64,000 bases of DNA. Origin: Minisyncoccota bacterium. GTDB lineage: Bacteria; Patescibacteriota; Minisyncoccia; Phycocordibacterales; UBA918. Positions 18,001 through 28,179 of the stretch are shown piece by piece. The position numbers were made by a program, and so were the translations under genes. Below the pieces are notes generated by a model. It was not told the origin of the DNA and made no database searches. It saw only the letters and a program-made list of their open reading frames with translations. The stretch is from positions 33,346 through 97,345 of the forward strand of contig JALHRC010000001.1 of the NCBI GenBank assembly GCA_022841645.1. Reading direction: 5' to 3'. The stretch's first letter is position 1, and each line of letters begins with the position of its first letter.

Positions 18001-18310
18001 GTACTCGCTCATTACCCAGCAGCCACTCGGTGGTAAGGCGCAGGTGGGTGGTCAGCGTTTTGGAGAAATGGAAGTGTGGGCGCTTCTTGGTTACGGTGCC
18101 GCCTACACGCTCCGTGAAATGCTCACTATCAAGTCTGACGACATCGTGGGTCGTAGTGCGGCTTTCGACGCGATTGTGCGTGGCGAGAAGATCAGTCATC
18201 CACATACTCCGGCTGCTTTCAATGTGCTCGTCAACCAGTTGCGCGGACTTTCGCTCGATGTCCGTCTTGATAAGGAAGAAGCACCGCGCCGTACTTATGA
18301 GAATGCCTAA
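15089..18310 (+). CDS. rpoB: DNA-directed RNA polymerase subunit beta
   Basis: GTFIINGVERV, TPEGPNIGL, GDKLAGRHGNKGV, GGQRFGEMEVWAL. Confidence 0.99.
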   Translation: MRTTKDVERTVSVAELPAKVFAVSPAPRIELPDLIVPQRDSYRWFIETALKEIFTEFSPISDYSEKKFELRFRKYELGQPKTTPEFAKENKLTYEAPLRAQVVLKNKTFESEKEQEIFFTDLPVMTENGTFIINGVERVIVPQLARSYGIFFTANESKGRQLFGAKIIPARGAWVEIESEADGVIYVKIDRKKKFPVSSLLRVLGVQTEKDMVALLKGVPRSEEYLKATLAKDPAKTTDESFIEIYNRLRDGDLATVENAREFVRSIFAPERYDLSEIGRHHFNERFDRPTDKKTVEGRTVSVDDMRLILTHIITQNHEPGALPDDIDHLGFRRVRYFGEMLQQRVRVGMTRMKRNIQDRMSTIEAETSLPMQIINPRPLQAAIKEFFTTNQLSQFSQQQNILAEIEHLRTLSALGPGGLTRERAGFEVRDVHPSHYGRLCPIHTPEGPNIGLILRLAMYSRVNRFGIIETPYVKVEKGVVTDEVVYLNAHEEEKFSIAHAAVELDKNGKIVPELVEARKKGDPRVIPRKDVEYMDIATNQAFSVATSMIPFLNHDDANRTLMGSNMQKQATPCVVPEAPLVATGVEAIAARDTGRVIYAAEAGEVIECDALHIVVKDRDGKKHEYTLTTFQRTNDFSAFYHRPAVRVGDKVKRGDLLADTSSTDKGQIAVGQNALVAFMSWNGANYEDAIVISERLVKQSKFSTIHIDELEVSVRDTKLGPEVTTSDIPNVSDVKLRNLDEDGVIRIGAEVRPGDILVGKVTPKGETQLTPEERLLRSIFGEKAKDVKDTSLRLEAGKRGRIIGVKVFSREHGDQLESGVIKRIHITVAQVRNVSVGDKLAGRHGNKGVISRILPEEDMPYTEDGRPIDVLLTPLGVPSRMNLGQILELHLGMAANTLGYQAVVPPFAGASEEHVKAELKAAGLPSDGKIQLRDGQTGEPFAQKTAVGYMYILKLHHMVEDKIHMRSIGPYSLITQQPLGGKAQVGGQRFGEMEVWALLGYGAAYTLREMLTIKSDDIVGRSAAFDAIVRGEKISHPHTPAAFNVLVNQLRGLSLDVRLDKEEAPRRTYENA

Positions 18311-18321
18311 TTGTAGTGCTT

Positions 18322-21300
18322 ATGTCATACGCTCCTCAGTTCAATAAAACACCCGTAGCACCGACCAACTACACCGGCATTAGCCTCAAATTGGCGGCTC
18401 CCGACACCATTCTTGAGTGGTCACACGGCGAGGTAACCAAGCCCGAGACCATCAACTACCGTACCCAGCGCCCAGAAAAGCATGGGCTCTTTGACGAACG
18501 AATTTTCGGTCCCGTCGAAGACTACGAATGTGCATGTAAAAAATATCGCGGTATTCGTTACAAGGGTATTGTCTGTGAGAAGTGTGGAGTAGAAATCACC
18601 CGCGCCATCGTACGTCGTGAACGCATGGGTCATATCGACCTCTGTGTACCAGTCTCCCACATTTGGTTTTTGCGTGGTGTCCCTAGCCGTATCGCGATGG
18701 TGCTTGGTATCACCGCTGCTTCGATCGAGAAAGTAATTTACTTCGCGGGCTATATCGTCACCAAAGTAAGTGAAAGTGAACGCAATCGTATTTTACGTGA
18801 CCTCGACACTGAGTACAAAGCGAAGCTCAAGACCCTCCAAAATGAAGAGGCTAAGATTGCACTCACGACGCGCATGGATGAAACCAAACGCGAAATTGAA
18901 AGTGTGGCGGTGGGTGTCGTGCTCGACGAAGCGCGATTCCACAAGTATTCGATTAAGTACTCGACGCTCTTTGACGCCCGTATTGGTGCGGAGGCTATCT
19001 TTGAACTCTTCAAGCAGATTGATTTGCCAAAGCTTCTCTCGGGCCTCGAGACTGATCGCGAGAAAGCTGGCGCCCTCGAGCGCGCCAAGCTCGACAAGCG
19101 CATCTCACTCGTTCGCGGCATGATTAACGCCGGTGTGCGTCCTGAGTGGATGTTCCTTACTCGCCTTCCGGTAGTACCTCCGGCAATCCGTCCCATGGTC
19201 GCCCTTGAAGGTGGCCGGCATGCCTCAAGTGACCTCAACGATCTCTATCGTCGCGTCATCAACCGCAACAACCGTCTCAAGAAGCTTATCGATATCATGG
19301 CGCCGGACGTGATCTTGCGTAACGAGAAGCGTATTCTGCAAGAAGCGGTCGACGCGCTCATCGACAACTCAATCCGTCACGGTGGTGGTGCCTATTCGGC
19401 CATGAGTCAGGCGCAACGCCGACCGCTGAAGTCACTCTCCGACTACCTCAAGAGTAAGCAAGGCTACTTTCGCCAAAACCTTCTTGGAAAACGTGTCGAC
19501 TATTCGGGTCGTAGTGTGATCGTGATCGGTCCTGAGCTTGCGCTTGATCAGTGTGGTCTTCCAAAGCACATGGCGCTTGAGCTTTTCCGTCCGTTTGTAA
19601 TCGCTGAACTCCTCAAGCAGGAACTCGCGTACAACATCCGTGGCGCCGGTCGACTCATTGAAGATGGCGTTCCTGAGGTATGGGCCATTCTTGAAAATAT
19701 CATCAACAAGAAGCACGTCCTTCTCAACCGAGCACCGACACTCCACCGACAGGGTATCCAAGCGTTTCGTCCGGTACTGATCGAAGGTAACGCTATCCAA
19801 GTGCACCCACTGGTGTGTCGCGCCTTCAACGCCGACTTCGACGGTGACCAGATGGCCGTGCACGTCCCACTCTCAGACGAGGCGCAGCTCGAGGCCAAAG
19901 AAATTATTTCCGCGAACAAGAACATCCTGAAGCCCGGTAGTTCAGAGCCGGTGGTGTCCGAGAAGCTCCTTGATATGGCGCTCGGTGCGTTCTGGATGAC
20001 CAAGATCATTCCTGGCGCCAAGGGCGAAGGCAAGTACTTCGCTTCACCAAATGATGCTATCAACGCGTACGACTACGGCATCATCGATTTGCGCGCCAAG
20101 GTGCATGTACTCTCGACCGATACGCCAAAGTATCGTCAGTACGAAGGTAAGCTCTTCGAGACGTCGGTGGGTCGCCTGCTCTTTAACAGTGTGCTTCCGA
20201 GCGATCACGCCTTCATCAACGACACCGTTGTGCAGCGCACGCTCTTTGGTATCATCATCGATATCATCGACGACCGCGGTGCCGAAGCGGTACCAGCGAT
20301 TGTCGACAAGCTCAAGAAGTTTGGCTTCAAGTACGCAACTATTTCTGGTACGACCTGGGGTATCGACGAAGTGGTAGTACCAAAAGGTAAATCCGCTATC
20401 ATCGACAAAGCGCGGGCTGCGGAGCGTGACGTCTTCTCTCATTTTGATGAGGGCTTGCTCTCCCGCGATGAGCGCCGTCGCATGATCGTCGAGATCTGGC
20501 ACGCCGCCAAGACTGAGCTCGAAAAGATTCTTCCAGAGACGCTCTCAGAAAATGGTTCAGCCTTTGAAATGTGGAAGTCGGGTGCTCGTGGATCGCTCGG
20601 ACAAATTGCCCAGATGGCTGGTATGAAAGGCCTTATCGTCAACACCCGTGGTGAGACACTCGAATTCCCCGTGCTTTCCTCAATGAAGGAAGGTATGACG
20701 CCGATTGAGTACTTTATTACGACGCACGGTTCGCGTAAGGGTCTTGCCGACACCGCGCTGCAGACCGCCAAGGCCGGTTACCTTACGCGTCGTCTCTTCG
20801 TGGTAGCCCAAGATGCTATCGTAACGGAGGCTGATTGTAAGACGAAAGAAGGTACTCGGATTGGACGGGTTTCATCATCCGGTATTGAGATCGCGTTCTC
20901 GAAGGCCATCAAGGGCCGCGTGCTCGCCGAAGACGCTGTCGACAGTAAAGGACGCGTACTCTTCCCGAAGGGACACCTCCTTTCACGTCGTGAAGCACTT
21001 TCCGTCGAAGATGCTACCTGTGAGTCAGTGGTGGTGCGCTCTCCAATGACCTGCAAGACCCTCCGTGGTGTCTGCCAGCAGTGTTATGGTATCGACCTCA
21101 CGACCAATCGCCTGGTCGACATTGGTGAAGCTGTTGGTACGGTAGCCGCGCAGGCGATCGGTGAGCCGGGTACACAGCTTACGATGAACACTAAGCATGC
21201 CGGTGGTGCTGCCTCAGTGGGTGGCGACGTAACATCGGGTCTTCCTCGTGTAGAAGAAGTATTTGAAAAGCGCGCCCCAAAGATCCCCGCAGTGGTCGCT

Positions 21301-21990
21301 AAGTCAGAAGGACTTGTCGTTGACATCAAGACCGTGGGCCGCGAAAAGATCATTATCGTTTCGCCCGACATGACCGCCAAGGGCGCTCCAAAGAAGAAAG
21401 ACAATATCGAGTATGCGGTGCATTATCGTCGCGTCGTGGCGGTCAGCAAGGGCGACACCGTGATCTCAGGCCAGATTATCACCGACGGTTCGGCACTTCT
21501 TCCAGAACTCTTCAAGTTTGGTGGTCAAGAAGTTACCCAGGACTACATCATTTCTGAAGTGAGCAAGATCTACGAGCTTCAGGGTGTAACCATTGCGCGC
21601 AAGCACATCGAGCTCATTGTGAAGCAGATGATGAGCCGCGTAAAAATTAGTGGCACTGGTGACAGTCGCTTCACGGTCGGAGACGTCGTCGAGGAGTGGA
21701 TCTTTGTGGAAGAAAATCTTAAGCTCAAAGAACAAGGCAAGGAGGCGGCGAAAGCGGAGAAGCTCATTCTTGGTATCACCGAGACCTCACTTTCTCGCAA
21801 GAGCTTCCTCTCAGCTGCGTCCTTCCAAAACACTACCCGTGTACTTATCAACGCGGCAGTGCGGGGCAGTGAAGACACCCTTTCGGGCCTTATGGAGAAC
21901 GTCATCATTGGCAAGCTCATCCCTGCCGGCTCCGGCTTTGCCGGCAGCAACAAGGATCTGATGATCAAAGAGATGCAGGCGAAACAGTAG
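18322..21990 (+). CDS. rpoC: DNA-directed RNA polymerase subunit beta'
   Basis: Zn finger, LLGKRVDYSGRSVI, NADFDGDQMAVH, AIGEPGTQLTM. Confidence 0.99.
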   Translation: MSYAPQFNKTPVAPTNYTGISLKLAAPDTILEWSHGEVTKPETINYRTQRPEKHGLFDERIFGPVEDYECACKKYRGIRYKGIVCEKCGVEITRAIVRRERMGHIDLCVPVSHIWFLRGVPSRIAMVLGITAASIEKVIYFAGYIVTKVSESERNRILRDLDTEYKAKLKTLQNEEAKIALTTRMDETKREIESVAVGVVLDEARFHKYSIKYSTLFDARIGAEAIFELFKQIDLPKLLSGLETDREKAGALERAKLDKRISLVRGMINAGVRPEWMFLTRLPVVPPAIRPMVALEGGRHASSDLNDLYRRVINRNNRLKKLIDIMAPDVILRNEKRILQEAVDALIDNSIRHGGGAYSAMSQAQRRPLKSLSDYLKSKQGYFRQNLLGKRVDYSGRSVIVIGPELALDQCGLPKHMALELFRPFVIAELLKQELAYNIRGAGRLIEDGVPEVWAILENIINKKHVLLNRAPTLHRQGIQAFRPVLIEGNAIQVHPLVCRAFNADFDGDQMAVHVPLSDEAQLEAKEIISANKNILKPGSSEPVVSEKLLDMALGAFWMTKIIPGAKGEGKYFASPNDAINAYDYGIIDLRAKVHVLSTDTPKYRQYEGKLFETSVGRLLFNSVLPSDHAFINDTVVQRTLFGIIIDIIDDRGAEAVPAIVDKLKKFGFKYATISGTTWGIDEVVVPKGKSAIIDKARAAERDVFSHFDEGLLSRDERRRMIVEIWHAAKTELEKILPETLSENGSAFEMWKSGARGSLGQIAQMAGMKGLIVNTRGETLEFPVLSSMKEGMTPIEYFITTHGSRKGLADTALQTAKAGYLTRRLFVVAQDAIVTEADCKTKEGTRIGRVSSSGIEIAFSKAIKGRVLAEDAVDSKGRVLFPKGHLLSRREALSVEDATCESVVVRSPMTCKTLRGVCQQCYGIDLTTNRLVDIGEAVGTVAAQAIGEPGTQLTMNTKHAGGAASVGGDVTSGLPRVEEVFEKRAPKIPAVVAKSEGLVVDIKTVGREKIIIVSPDMTAKGAPKKKDNIEYAVHYRRVVAVSKGDTVISGQIITDGSALLPELFKFGGQEVTQDYIISEVSKIYELQGVTIARKHIELIVKQMMSRVKISGTGDSRFTVGDVVEEWIFVEENLKLKEQGKEAAKAEKLILGITETSLSRKSFLSAASFQNTTRVLINAAVRGSEDTLSGLMENVIIGKLIPAGSGFAGSNKDLMIKEMQAKQ

Positions 21991-22029
21991 TTTGAAAGAG
22001 AAAAGAGAATAGCGAAGAGTTAAAATTTA

Positions 22030-22070
22030 AGAAAAACAGCGCGGCACCGTAGGTGCCGCGCTGTTTTTCT
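22030..22070 (+). terminator. rpoBC intrinsic terminator
   Basis: 19-bp perfect stem AGAAAAACAGCGCGGCACC/GGTGCCGCGCTGTTTTTCT. Confidence 0.8.
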
Positions 22071-22212
22071 CCGTTGTGAGTCCTGGGTAGTGTTGCCAGT
22101 AGTGCAGGTGTTCGAAGCGCAGCAGCTGATGACTCGGTAAAGGGCGGATGGTGCGGGCGGGTCTGGAAACTTCCAGACCCGCCCTTGATTGTCTTCTGCG
22201 ATTAGAAAAGCG

Positions 22213-22256
22213 CAGCAGCACTACTACTATCATGCATGATAGTAGTAGTGCTGCTG
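22213..22256. repeat. 44-bp perfect loopless palindrome
   Basis: CAGCAGCACTACTACTATCATG|CATGATAGTAGTAGTGCTGCTG. Confidence 0.9.
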
Positions 22257-22431
22257 ATCAAACTGTCTTCACAGGTCTGGCCTGTGTATTCCTAGTGAGC
22301 CCTCGCTCGTAGGGGGGGCATGATGCAAGCTACGCAGTTTACTACGTAATTAGTTACGTAGTTCGCGCGAAGTGTAAAAACGAACACCCCACCGGAGCAG
22401 AGTGCCCGTGGGGTGGGTGGGGGGGGTGGTG

Positions 22432-22587
22432 CTAGCAGCACCCCCCGGTGTTGATGATGGCGACGGCCTGATCGAGGGCTTCCACGGTTCCCTGGAGAGC
22501 CACGGCGAGCGCGACCGCTAGTGCGGCGACTGCCCCGACTGCCAGTAGGCCTGTCAGCAGGTCGTCAAAAAGATCAAGAATTCTCAT
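22432..22587 (-). CDS. Small single-TM hypothetical protein (51 aa)
   Basis: AGGAGG upstream; MRILDLFDDLLTGLLAVGAVAALAVALAVALQGTVEALDQAVAIINTGGCC; downstream hairpin; below the ORF-track cutoff. Confidence 0.6.
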   Translation of the reverse strand: MRILDLFDDLLTGLLAVGAVAALAVALAVALQGTVEALDQAVAIINTGGCC

Positions 22588-22686
22588 CCGGTATCCTCCT
22601 GATTGTCTTTAAAGAGTAGCACAAGTACCTTAAAAAAGCAAGTCCCTCACGCCTGGCCTTCAGGGGGCGTATAATGGTGCCACTTT

Positions 22687-24453
22687 ATGTCCGATGCGGT
22701 GCGGCAAGTGAAGGAGCGACTCAATATTATTGATGTGGTTTCGCCGTATGTGGAACTCCACAAGGCGGGGCGGAACTTTAAGGGCAAGTCGCCCTTTAGC
22801 AACGAACGCACCCCATCGTTTTATGTCTCGCCCGAGCGCGGGATGTACTACTGTTTTTCCACGAGCCAGGGTGGCGACATTTTTACCTTCATCCAAGCGA
22901 TGGAGGGGGTCGACTTTAAAGGCGCGTTAAAGATTTTAGCCGAGAAAGCCGGCATCGAGCTTGTTCCCGAGGCACCGGAAAAGCGCAGCGAGCGCGATCG
23001 CCTCTACGCACTCCTTGAAGACACCACGAAGTTTTTTGAAGAGTGGCTGCCGCAAGCAAGTGTTGCTACCGACTATATAAAAAAACGTGGCGTTACGCTT
23101 GCCACGGTTGCTAAGTGGCGTATTGGCTACGCCCCGGGTCCGACCTCAGGTGGCTGGCGGCTTCTTAAAGAACATCTTACCGGGAAAGGGTATGCCGTTA
23201 TCGAGATGCTCAAGGCGGGAATGGTAAAGCCGGGAGTAGACGGCAAGGAGCCGTTTGATGTATTTCGTGACCGGGTGATGTTTCCACTGCGCGACCCCTC
23301 GGGGAAGGTGGTGGGCTTCTCGGGTCGCACACTTACCCCCGACGAGAAAACACCGAAGTACGTTAACTCACCAGAAACTGAGCTCTACAAAAAATCTGAA
23401 CTGCTCTTTGGCTATGACCTCGCTAAAAACGCCATTCGCACCCTCGACTTCTCCCTGATTGTCGAAGGGCAGTTTGATGTCGTGATGAGTCACCAGGCAG
23501 GCTATGGCAACACCGTAGCGGTCTCAGGCACGGCCCTCACCCTTCACCACGTACAACTCCTCGAGCGGCTCTCTACTCGGGTAGTACTTGCCCTTGATGC
23601 CGATCGGGCGGGAATCGCTGCGATGGGCCGCGCAGCCAGTCTCATGCTTGAGCGGGGCTTTGACGTGAAGGTTGCAAAACTCCCACCCGGGGCCGATCCG
23701 GCTGACCTGGTGCGGAGTGATCCGGCGGCACTGAAGGCCGCCGTCGGAGGAGCCTTACCGGTTATCGAATTTCTCCTGGGCCATCTCAAAACTACGGTGA
23801 GCGATGAGCGCGCGTACAAACTACGTGTACGCGAGGAAGTAATTCCGTACATCACGCTTATTCCTAACCGCATCGACCAAGAGCACTTTGTGGGCGTCGT
23901 TGCCGCCGCACTGGGGGTCGGTGTCGAGGCCGTGCGCTATGAGGTGGAGCGTTCGCGCGCCGAACATGAGCGGGAAGTGATAAAAGCAGCCCAGCATGTG
24001 CCGGCGCCAAAGGTGGACGCAGTATCAGAAAATCTGCGAGCCCGTGGTGCTGAGCAGCGGGAGCTGTTTATTTCCTGGCTGGTGGCGGCGGTTGGTCTCT
24101 TGCCAGCGCGCGAGGCGGCCGTCCTCACCACACTCATTACTGAGTGCACCGGAAGCGAACTCGCGGTCCTCCAACAAAACCGTTCGTCTGATGCCCTGGC
24201 GCGCGCTACGATCGACATTGGTAATCGCTACGAGACGCGCAGTGAGCGAGCGCTGCTTGAGGACGTCATTGCTACCCTCAACCTGGTGCGCGACCTGGGG
24301 GTGCGAGAGGCGATTGCCGAACGTAAGATGCTCCTTAGAGAGATCGAAGCGGGTGGGGAGGGAAGTGTGGACACGCTCCTGTCTGAAATCACCCTCCTCG
24401 AGAGCCAGCGCAAGGCCCCTCCCTATACTATTGAGCGTTTCGTGACCACTTGA
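22687..24453 (+). CDS. dnaG: DNA primase
   Basis: PFSNERTPSF, FRDRVMFP, PKYVNSPET, TOPRIM VEGQFDV and LALDADRAG. Confidence 0.97.
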   Translation: MSDAVRQVKERLNIIDVVSPYVELHKAGRNFKGKSPFSNERTPSFYVSPERGMYYCFSTSQGGDIFTFIQAMEGVDFKGALKILAEKAGIELVPEAPEKRSERDRLYALLEDTTKFFEEWLPQASVATDYIKKRGVTLATVAKWRIGYAPGPTSGGWRLLKEHLTGKGYAVIEMLKAGMVKPGVDGKEPFDVFRDRVMFPLRDPSGKVVGFSGRTLTPDEKTPKYVNSPETELYKKSELLFGYDLAKNAIRTLDFSLIVEGQFDVVMSHQAGYGNTVAVSGTALTLHHVQLLERLSTRVVLALDADRAGIAAMGRAASLMLERGFDVKVAKLPPGADPADLVRSDPAALKAAVGGALPVIEFLLGHLKTTVSDERAYKLRVREEVIPYITLIPNRIDQEHFVGVVAAALGVGVEAVRYEVERSRAEHEREVIKAAQHVPAPKVDAVSENLRARGAEQRELFISWLVAAVGLLPAREAAVLTTLITECTGSELAVLQQNRSSDALARATIDIGNRYETRSERALLEDVIATLNLVRDLGVREAIAERKMLLREIEAGGEGSVDTLLSEITLLESQRKAPPYTIERFVTT

Positions 24454-24519
24454 AAGAAGACCACTTTGAGGGCGTAATAGACTAGACGTAAGCGTTTTTT
24501 TCTGTATAGTGTTCTCACC

Positions 24520-25866
24520 ATGGCTGCCAAAAAGAAAGCCGTCAAAAATAATACTCGGACCAAAAAAGTAGCCCACAAGGCTGCTCCCATCAAAAAGAAG
24601 GTCGCCCCAAAAAAGGCCACCCTAAAGACCACCAAAGCAGCGAAGCGCAGTAATCTCAAAAAGGCGTCCCCAGCGAAGAAACAGCCCGTAGCAAAGAAGT
24701 CGATCTCGACCAAGAAAGTTGCTCCGAAACCCGCCCCTAAAGCGCTGGTGAAGAAGGTGACGCCGGTAAAAGCCGCCCCGCTTTCGCGCGCTGAGAAGCT
24801 CCTTGCTTCTAAAGCAGCCGAGGTGATGCGAATTGGTCGTGAACGTGGGTACGTCACCTACGACGAACTACTGCGCTCATTCCCTGAAATTGAGAAGGAC
24901 ATCAACTTCCTCGAGGAACTGTATGAACGCCTCGCGGCGGCAAAGATTGATGTGCTCCAAAGTGGCGGTATGCTTGGTGATGATCTTAGTACCGACATCA
25001 TTGCGCAAAAGAACGCCTTCAAGCGCAGTGACTCGAGCTACGACTCGATTCAGATGTATCTGCGTGAAATTGGCCAGTACCCGCTTCTTAATGCGCACGA
25101 AGAGCGCGTGCTCGCCAAGCGCATCGTCGACGGTGACGATGAAGCTCGTAACCTACTCGCTCGCGCCAACCTCCGTCTCGTGGTTTCGATTGCGAAGAAG
25201 TATGTTGGTCGCAGCCCTGACCTCACGCTCCTTGACCTCATTCAAGAAGGAAACCTCGGTCTCTTTAAGGCGGTGGATAAGTTCGACTTCACTAAGGGCT
25301 TTAAGTTTTCTACCTACGCCACCTGGTGGATTCGTCAGGCTATTACCCGTGCACTGGCAGACCAGTCGCGCACTATCCGTATTCCGGTCCACATGGTGGA
25401 GACGATGGCGAAGTACAAGCAGGTGAGTCGTCGCCTTGCTCAAGACCTCGGTCGCGATCCGATGCCAGAGGAAATTGCCACCGAGATGGGTGTCGAAGTC
25501 GATAAGATTTACCAAATCGAAAAAATTAGCCAAGACACCATCTCGCTTGAATTGCCGGTAGGCAATGACGACGACGATCGATCACGCCTGTCTGACTTCA
25601 TCAGTGACGATAAAATTATCGCTCCCGACCAGGAGGTAGCGCACAGTATCCTCACCGACCAGATCACGGAGATTTTGGATACTCTCTCTGAGAAAGAGCG
25701 TAAGATTCTCGAGATGCGTCACGGCCTTACCGATGGCACGTACCACACCCTTGAGGAGGTAGGGAAGGAGTTTGGGGTAACGCGCGAGCGCATTCGCCAG
25801 ATCGAAGCCAAAGCGCTCGAAAAAATCCGCCAGCACGAGAAGGCGCGACGGTTGAAGTCGTACTAA
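24520..25866 (+). CDS. rpoD: Primary sigma factor with Lys/Ala-rich N-terminal extension
   Basis: [55 protein letters not shown]. Confidence 0.97.
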   Translation: MAAKKKAVKNNTRTKKVAHKAAPIKKKVAPKKATLKTTKAAKRSNLKKASPAKKQPVAKKSISTKKVAPKPAPKALVKKVTPVKAAPLSRAEKLLASKAAEVMRIGRERGYVTYDELLRSFPEIEKDINFLEELYERLAAAKIDVLQSGGMLGDDLSTDIIAQKNAFKRSDSSYDSIQMYLREIGQYPLLNAHEERVLAKRIVDGDDEARNLLARANLRLVVSIAKKYVGRSPDLTLLDLIQEGNLGLFKAVDKFDFTKGFKFSTYATWWIRQAITRALADQSRTIRIPVHMVETMAKYKQVSRRLAQDLGRDPMPEEIATEMGVEVDKIYQIEKISQDTISLELPVGNDDDDRSRLSDFISDDKIIAPDQEVAHSILTDQITEILDTLSEKERKILEMRHGLTDGTYHTLEEVGKEFGVTRERIRQIEAKALEKIRQHEKARRLKSY

Positions 25867-25872
25867 ACACTA

Positions 25873-25915
25873 AGAACACAAAGCCCCGCGCCGTTGGCGC
25901 GGGGCTTTGTGTTCT
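25873..25915. terminator. Bidirectional terminator-like hairpin after rpoD
   Basis: 20-bp perfect stem with 3-nt loop. Confidence 0.75.
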
Positions 25916-26094
25916 GCGTAGCAACGTAAGTGGTAATACTTGCAGTTCGCCACCGTTACTTTTTCACCGTAATGCTCGAAAGTAACAAGGCGCCTGCACC
26001 ACAAGGGCATTTCCATTTTCATAGTCGCTTGCTCCTTGAAAGTTGGTCACTAAGGAAACTATAGTCGGGCTGCGCCTTCCTTGTTTCTGCTTAT

Positions 26095-28179
26095 CTACTC
26101 AACGTGGAATTTTTCTTTGAGCGTGACAAACAGCTTGGGGGTAATGAAGCGGCGTTCAAAGAGCTCTTCAAGCACGTGTTCTTCCACCTTAGCAACACCG
26201 CGGCTCGCAAAGCCTTCACCGAGCTTCTCGGTAAGAGCAGGGTGTTCACGGGCAATCGCGTCCATCTTTTTTTGTGAACCCTCGCGGAAGCTGGTGTAGG
26301 TCAGGGTGACGTGCGCAAGGGCGCTAGGGCTAAAGATTGAGGCTGCGTCTTCGGGCGTAATTTTAGTGAGTTCCTTCAGAACTTTGCGGGCGATGATGGA
26401 CTGCGCTCGGTAGTAGGAGTAGAGTTCCGCAGCCTGCTGTTCAGGGGTTTTCGGTTGCAGTAGGTCACCGATTTTTGCCACCGCCCGTTCAAAAATATCG
26501 CGACCATCAACTGGCGTCTGTGATACTTCAAGATTGCCGTGCTCAATGTCATCGAGCTGGAGAGTAAGTTTGCCGGTGATGCGCTTGTAGGTAGTTTCAC
26601 TCACTTCACCGTATTGGTAGAGTTCTTTAAGGGCCAGTGCTTCAATGCCAATAGCGTAGGCGCGTAGCACCTGGTGGGTGTAGTCGGTGGCACTGTCGGC
26701 AGCAAATTCCTTAAGTGCGAGGCAGGCCTTTTGGTACTCGTCTTTATGTTCTCCGAGGAGCTTCTTATACGTAGCGGGGGTGATATAGCCACGCTCGTGA
26801 AATTTCTCCAAGCGGTCGGCTACTTCATGGTGCGTGAGTGCACAAGCTTCTTCGTAGGCCACGCGCTCCTCGTCAGTCATGCGGTTGAGCTTGAGGAAAT
26901 TCATGAGCCCTTGGATGGTGGTCGCCTTCACAAAAATGGTGAAGAAGATACAGCCTATGGTGAGCGCTAAGAGAAAGTCTCGGGGTGAAATCTCTAACGT
27001 CCAGCCCGGGAGGTTGAGGTCACTGGGAATAAGAAGTACGAGCGTGACCGCGAGCGCACCACGCAAGCTACCCCAAGAGAGGAGGTGCTGCCAACTGCGG
27101 GGAATATGCTGCCGCTTGCCCACAAAGATGTTGTAGACACCGACGACTGGGTACACAGACAGCGCTCGGGCGAGCGCAACAACGACGATGGCAAGGAGAA
27201 TAGGGAGTAAGACTTCGCCTCCAGCAAACGGAATGTCAACAAACAGAATACCTACCATGATAAAGACCACTGAGTTGACGATAAACGCCAGTTGTCCCCA
27301 CAGACGATCGACAAACTCTTCGGCCCGCGGATGGATCTTTGGTCGGCCGTAGTTGCCCATGATGAGCGACGCGATGGTGGTAGCGATGATGGCTGAAATG
27401 TAGAGCTTTTGCTCACCAATGTGGAGGTAATGGGTGAGGAAGTCGGAGGCGAGGAAGGTACAGTAGGCCAGTACAAAGGTAAGGGCGATGCTGGCCTGTT
27501 CACTTTCGCGGGTGAGCTGCACGGCTTTGGCAAACACCACACCGCAGAGGGTACCGAAGATGATACCGTTCACGATCATGAGGGTGAATGTCACCACGCC
27601 ATCGAGCACGGTGCTAAAGCCAGCGTAGCCTACGAGCACTACTTCGAGCATCACCAAAAAGAGTGCTACGCCAGTAGCGTCGTTAAACAGACTCTCCCCC
27701 TCAAAGATGAGTGAGAGGCGGCGTGGGGCACCAAACTCTTTAAAGAGTGCGAGCACCGCTACTGGGTCGGTCGCTGAAATAAGCGCACCGAAAAGGAGGG
27801 CGATCATAAGCGGCAAATCGATGCCGATAAAACCAAGGCTATAAAAGAGCCCAAAGCCAATAAGCACAGTTGAGACGAGGAGGCTTACAATCGCGAGGAG
27901 GGTAATCGGGAGGGCGTTTTCGGCGAGCTTCCGCGCACTTATATTGTAGGCGGACTCAAAAATGAGAATGGGGAGAAATACGTAGAAGAGGATTTCTGGG
28001 GTGAGGTGGAATGATTCAAGAAAGCCGAAACTCTCGGTGGTCGACAGTAGACCAATGACGACGCCGAGGGCTACGAGGAGTACGGTGTGCGGGATGCGCA
28101 GGCTGCGCGCCCAGAACACCGCAAAGCTGGAGAGTGCCAAGGTACCAACGGCAATGAGAAGGGTAGAGAGTTCAAGCAT
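26095..28179 (-). CDS. CPA1-family Na+/H+ antiporter with long cytoplasmic C-terminus
   Basis: FLPILIFESA, ISATDPVAV, GESLFNDA, WGSLRGALA. Confidence 0.92.
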   Translation of the reverse strand: MLELSTLLIAVGTLALSSFAVFWARSLRIPHTVLLVALGVVIGLLSTTESFGFLESFHLTPEILFYVFLPILIFESAYNISARKLAENALPITLLAIVSLLVSTVLIGFGLFYSLGFIGIDLPLMIALLFGALISATDPVAVLALFKEFGAPRRLSLIFEGESLFNDATGVALFLVMLEVVLVGYAGFSTVLDGVVTFTLMIVNGIIFGTLCGVVFAKAVQLTRESEQASIALTFVLAYCTFLASDFLTHYLHIGEQKLYISAIIATTIASLIMGNYGRPKIHPRAEEFVDRLWGQLAFIVNSVVFIMVGILFVDIPFAGGEVLLPILLAIVVVALARALSVYPVVGVYNIFVGKRQHIPRSWQHLLSWGSLRGALAVTLVLLIPSDLNLPGWTLEISPRDFLLALTIGCIFFTIFVKATTIQGLMNFLKLNRMTDEERVAYEEACALTHHEVADRLEKFHERGYITPATYKKLLGEHKDEYQKACLALKEFAADSATDYTHQVLRAYAIGIEALALKELYQYGEVSETTYKRITGKLTLQLDDIEHGNLEVSQTPVDGRDIFERAVAKIGDLLQPKTPEQQAAELYSYYRAQSIIARKVLKELTKITPEDAASIFSPSALAHVTLTYTSFREGSQKKMDAIAREHPALTEKLGEGFASRGVAKVEEHVLEELFERRFITPKLFVTLKEKFHVE

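Noticed and set aside
15192-21968. Many antisense and alternate-frame ORFs inside rpoB/rpoC and other long genes
   Set aside because: Shadow ORFs expected from codon bias in moderately GC-rich coding DNA.
24520-24800. Lys/Ala-rich histone-like N-terminus of RpoD
   Set aside because: Low-complexity basic extensions are common on primary sigma factors; not treated as a separate system.
25870-26022. 50-aa minus-strand ORF after AAGGAG with Cys/His residues (YHLRCY)
   Set aside because: It runs through the rpoD terminator hairpin and has no recognisable family; possible but unsupported.
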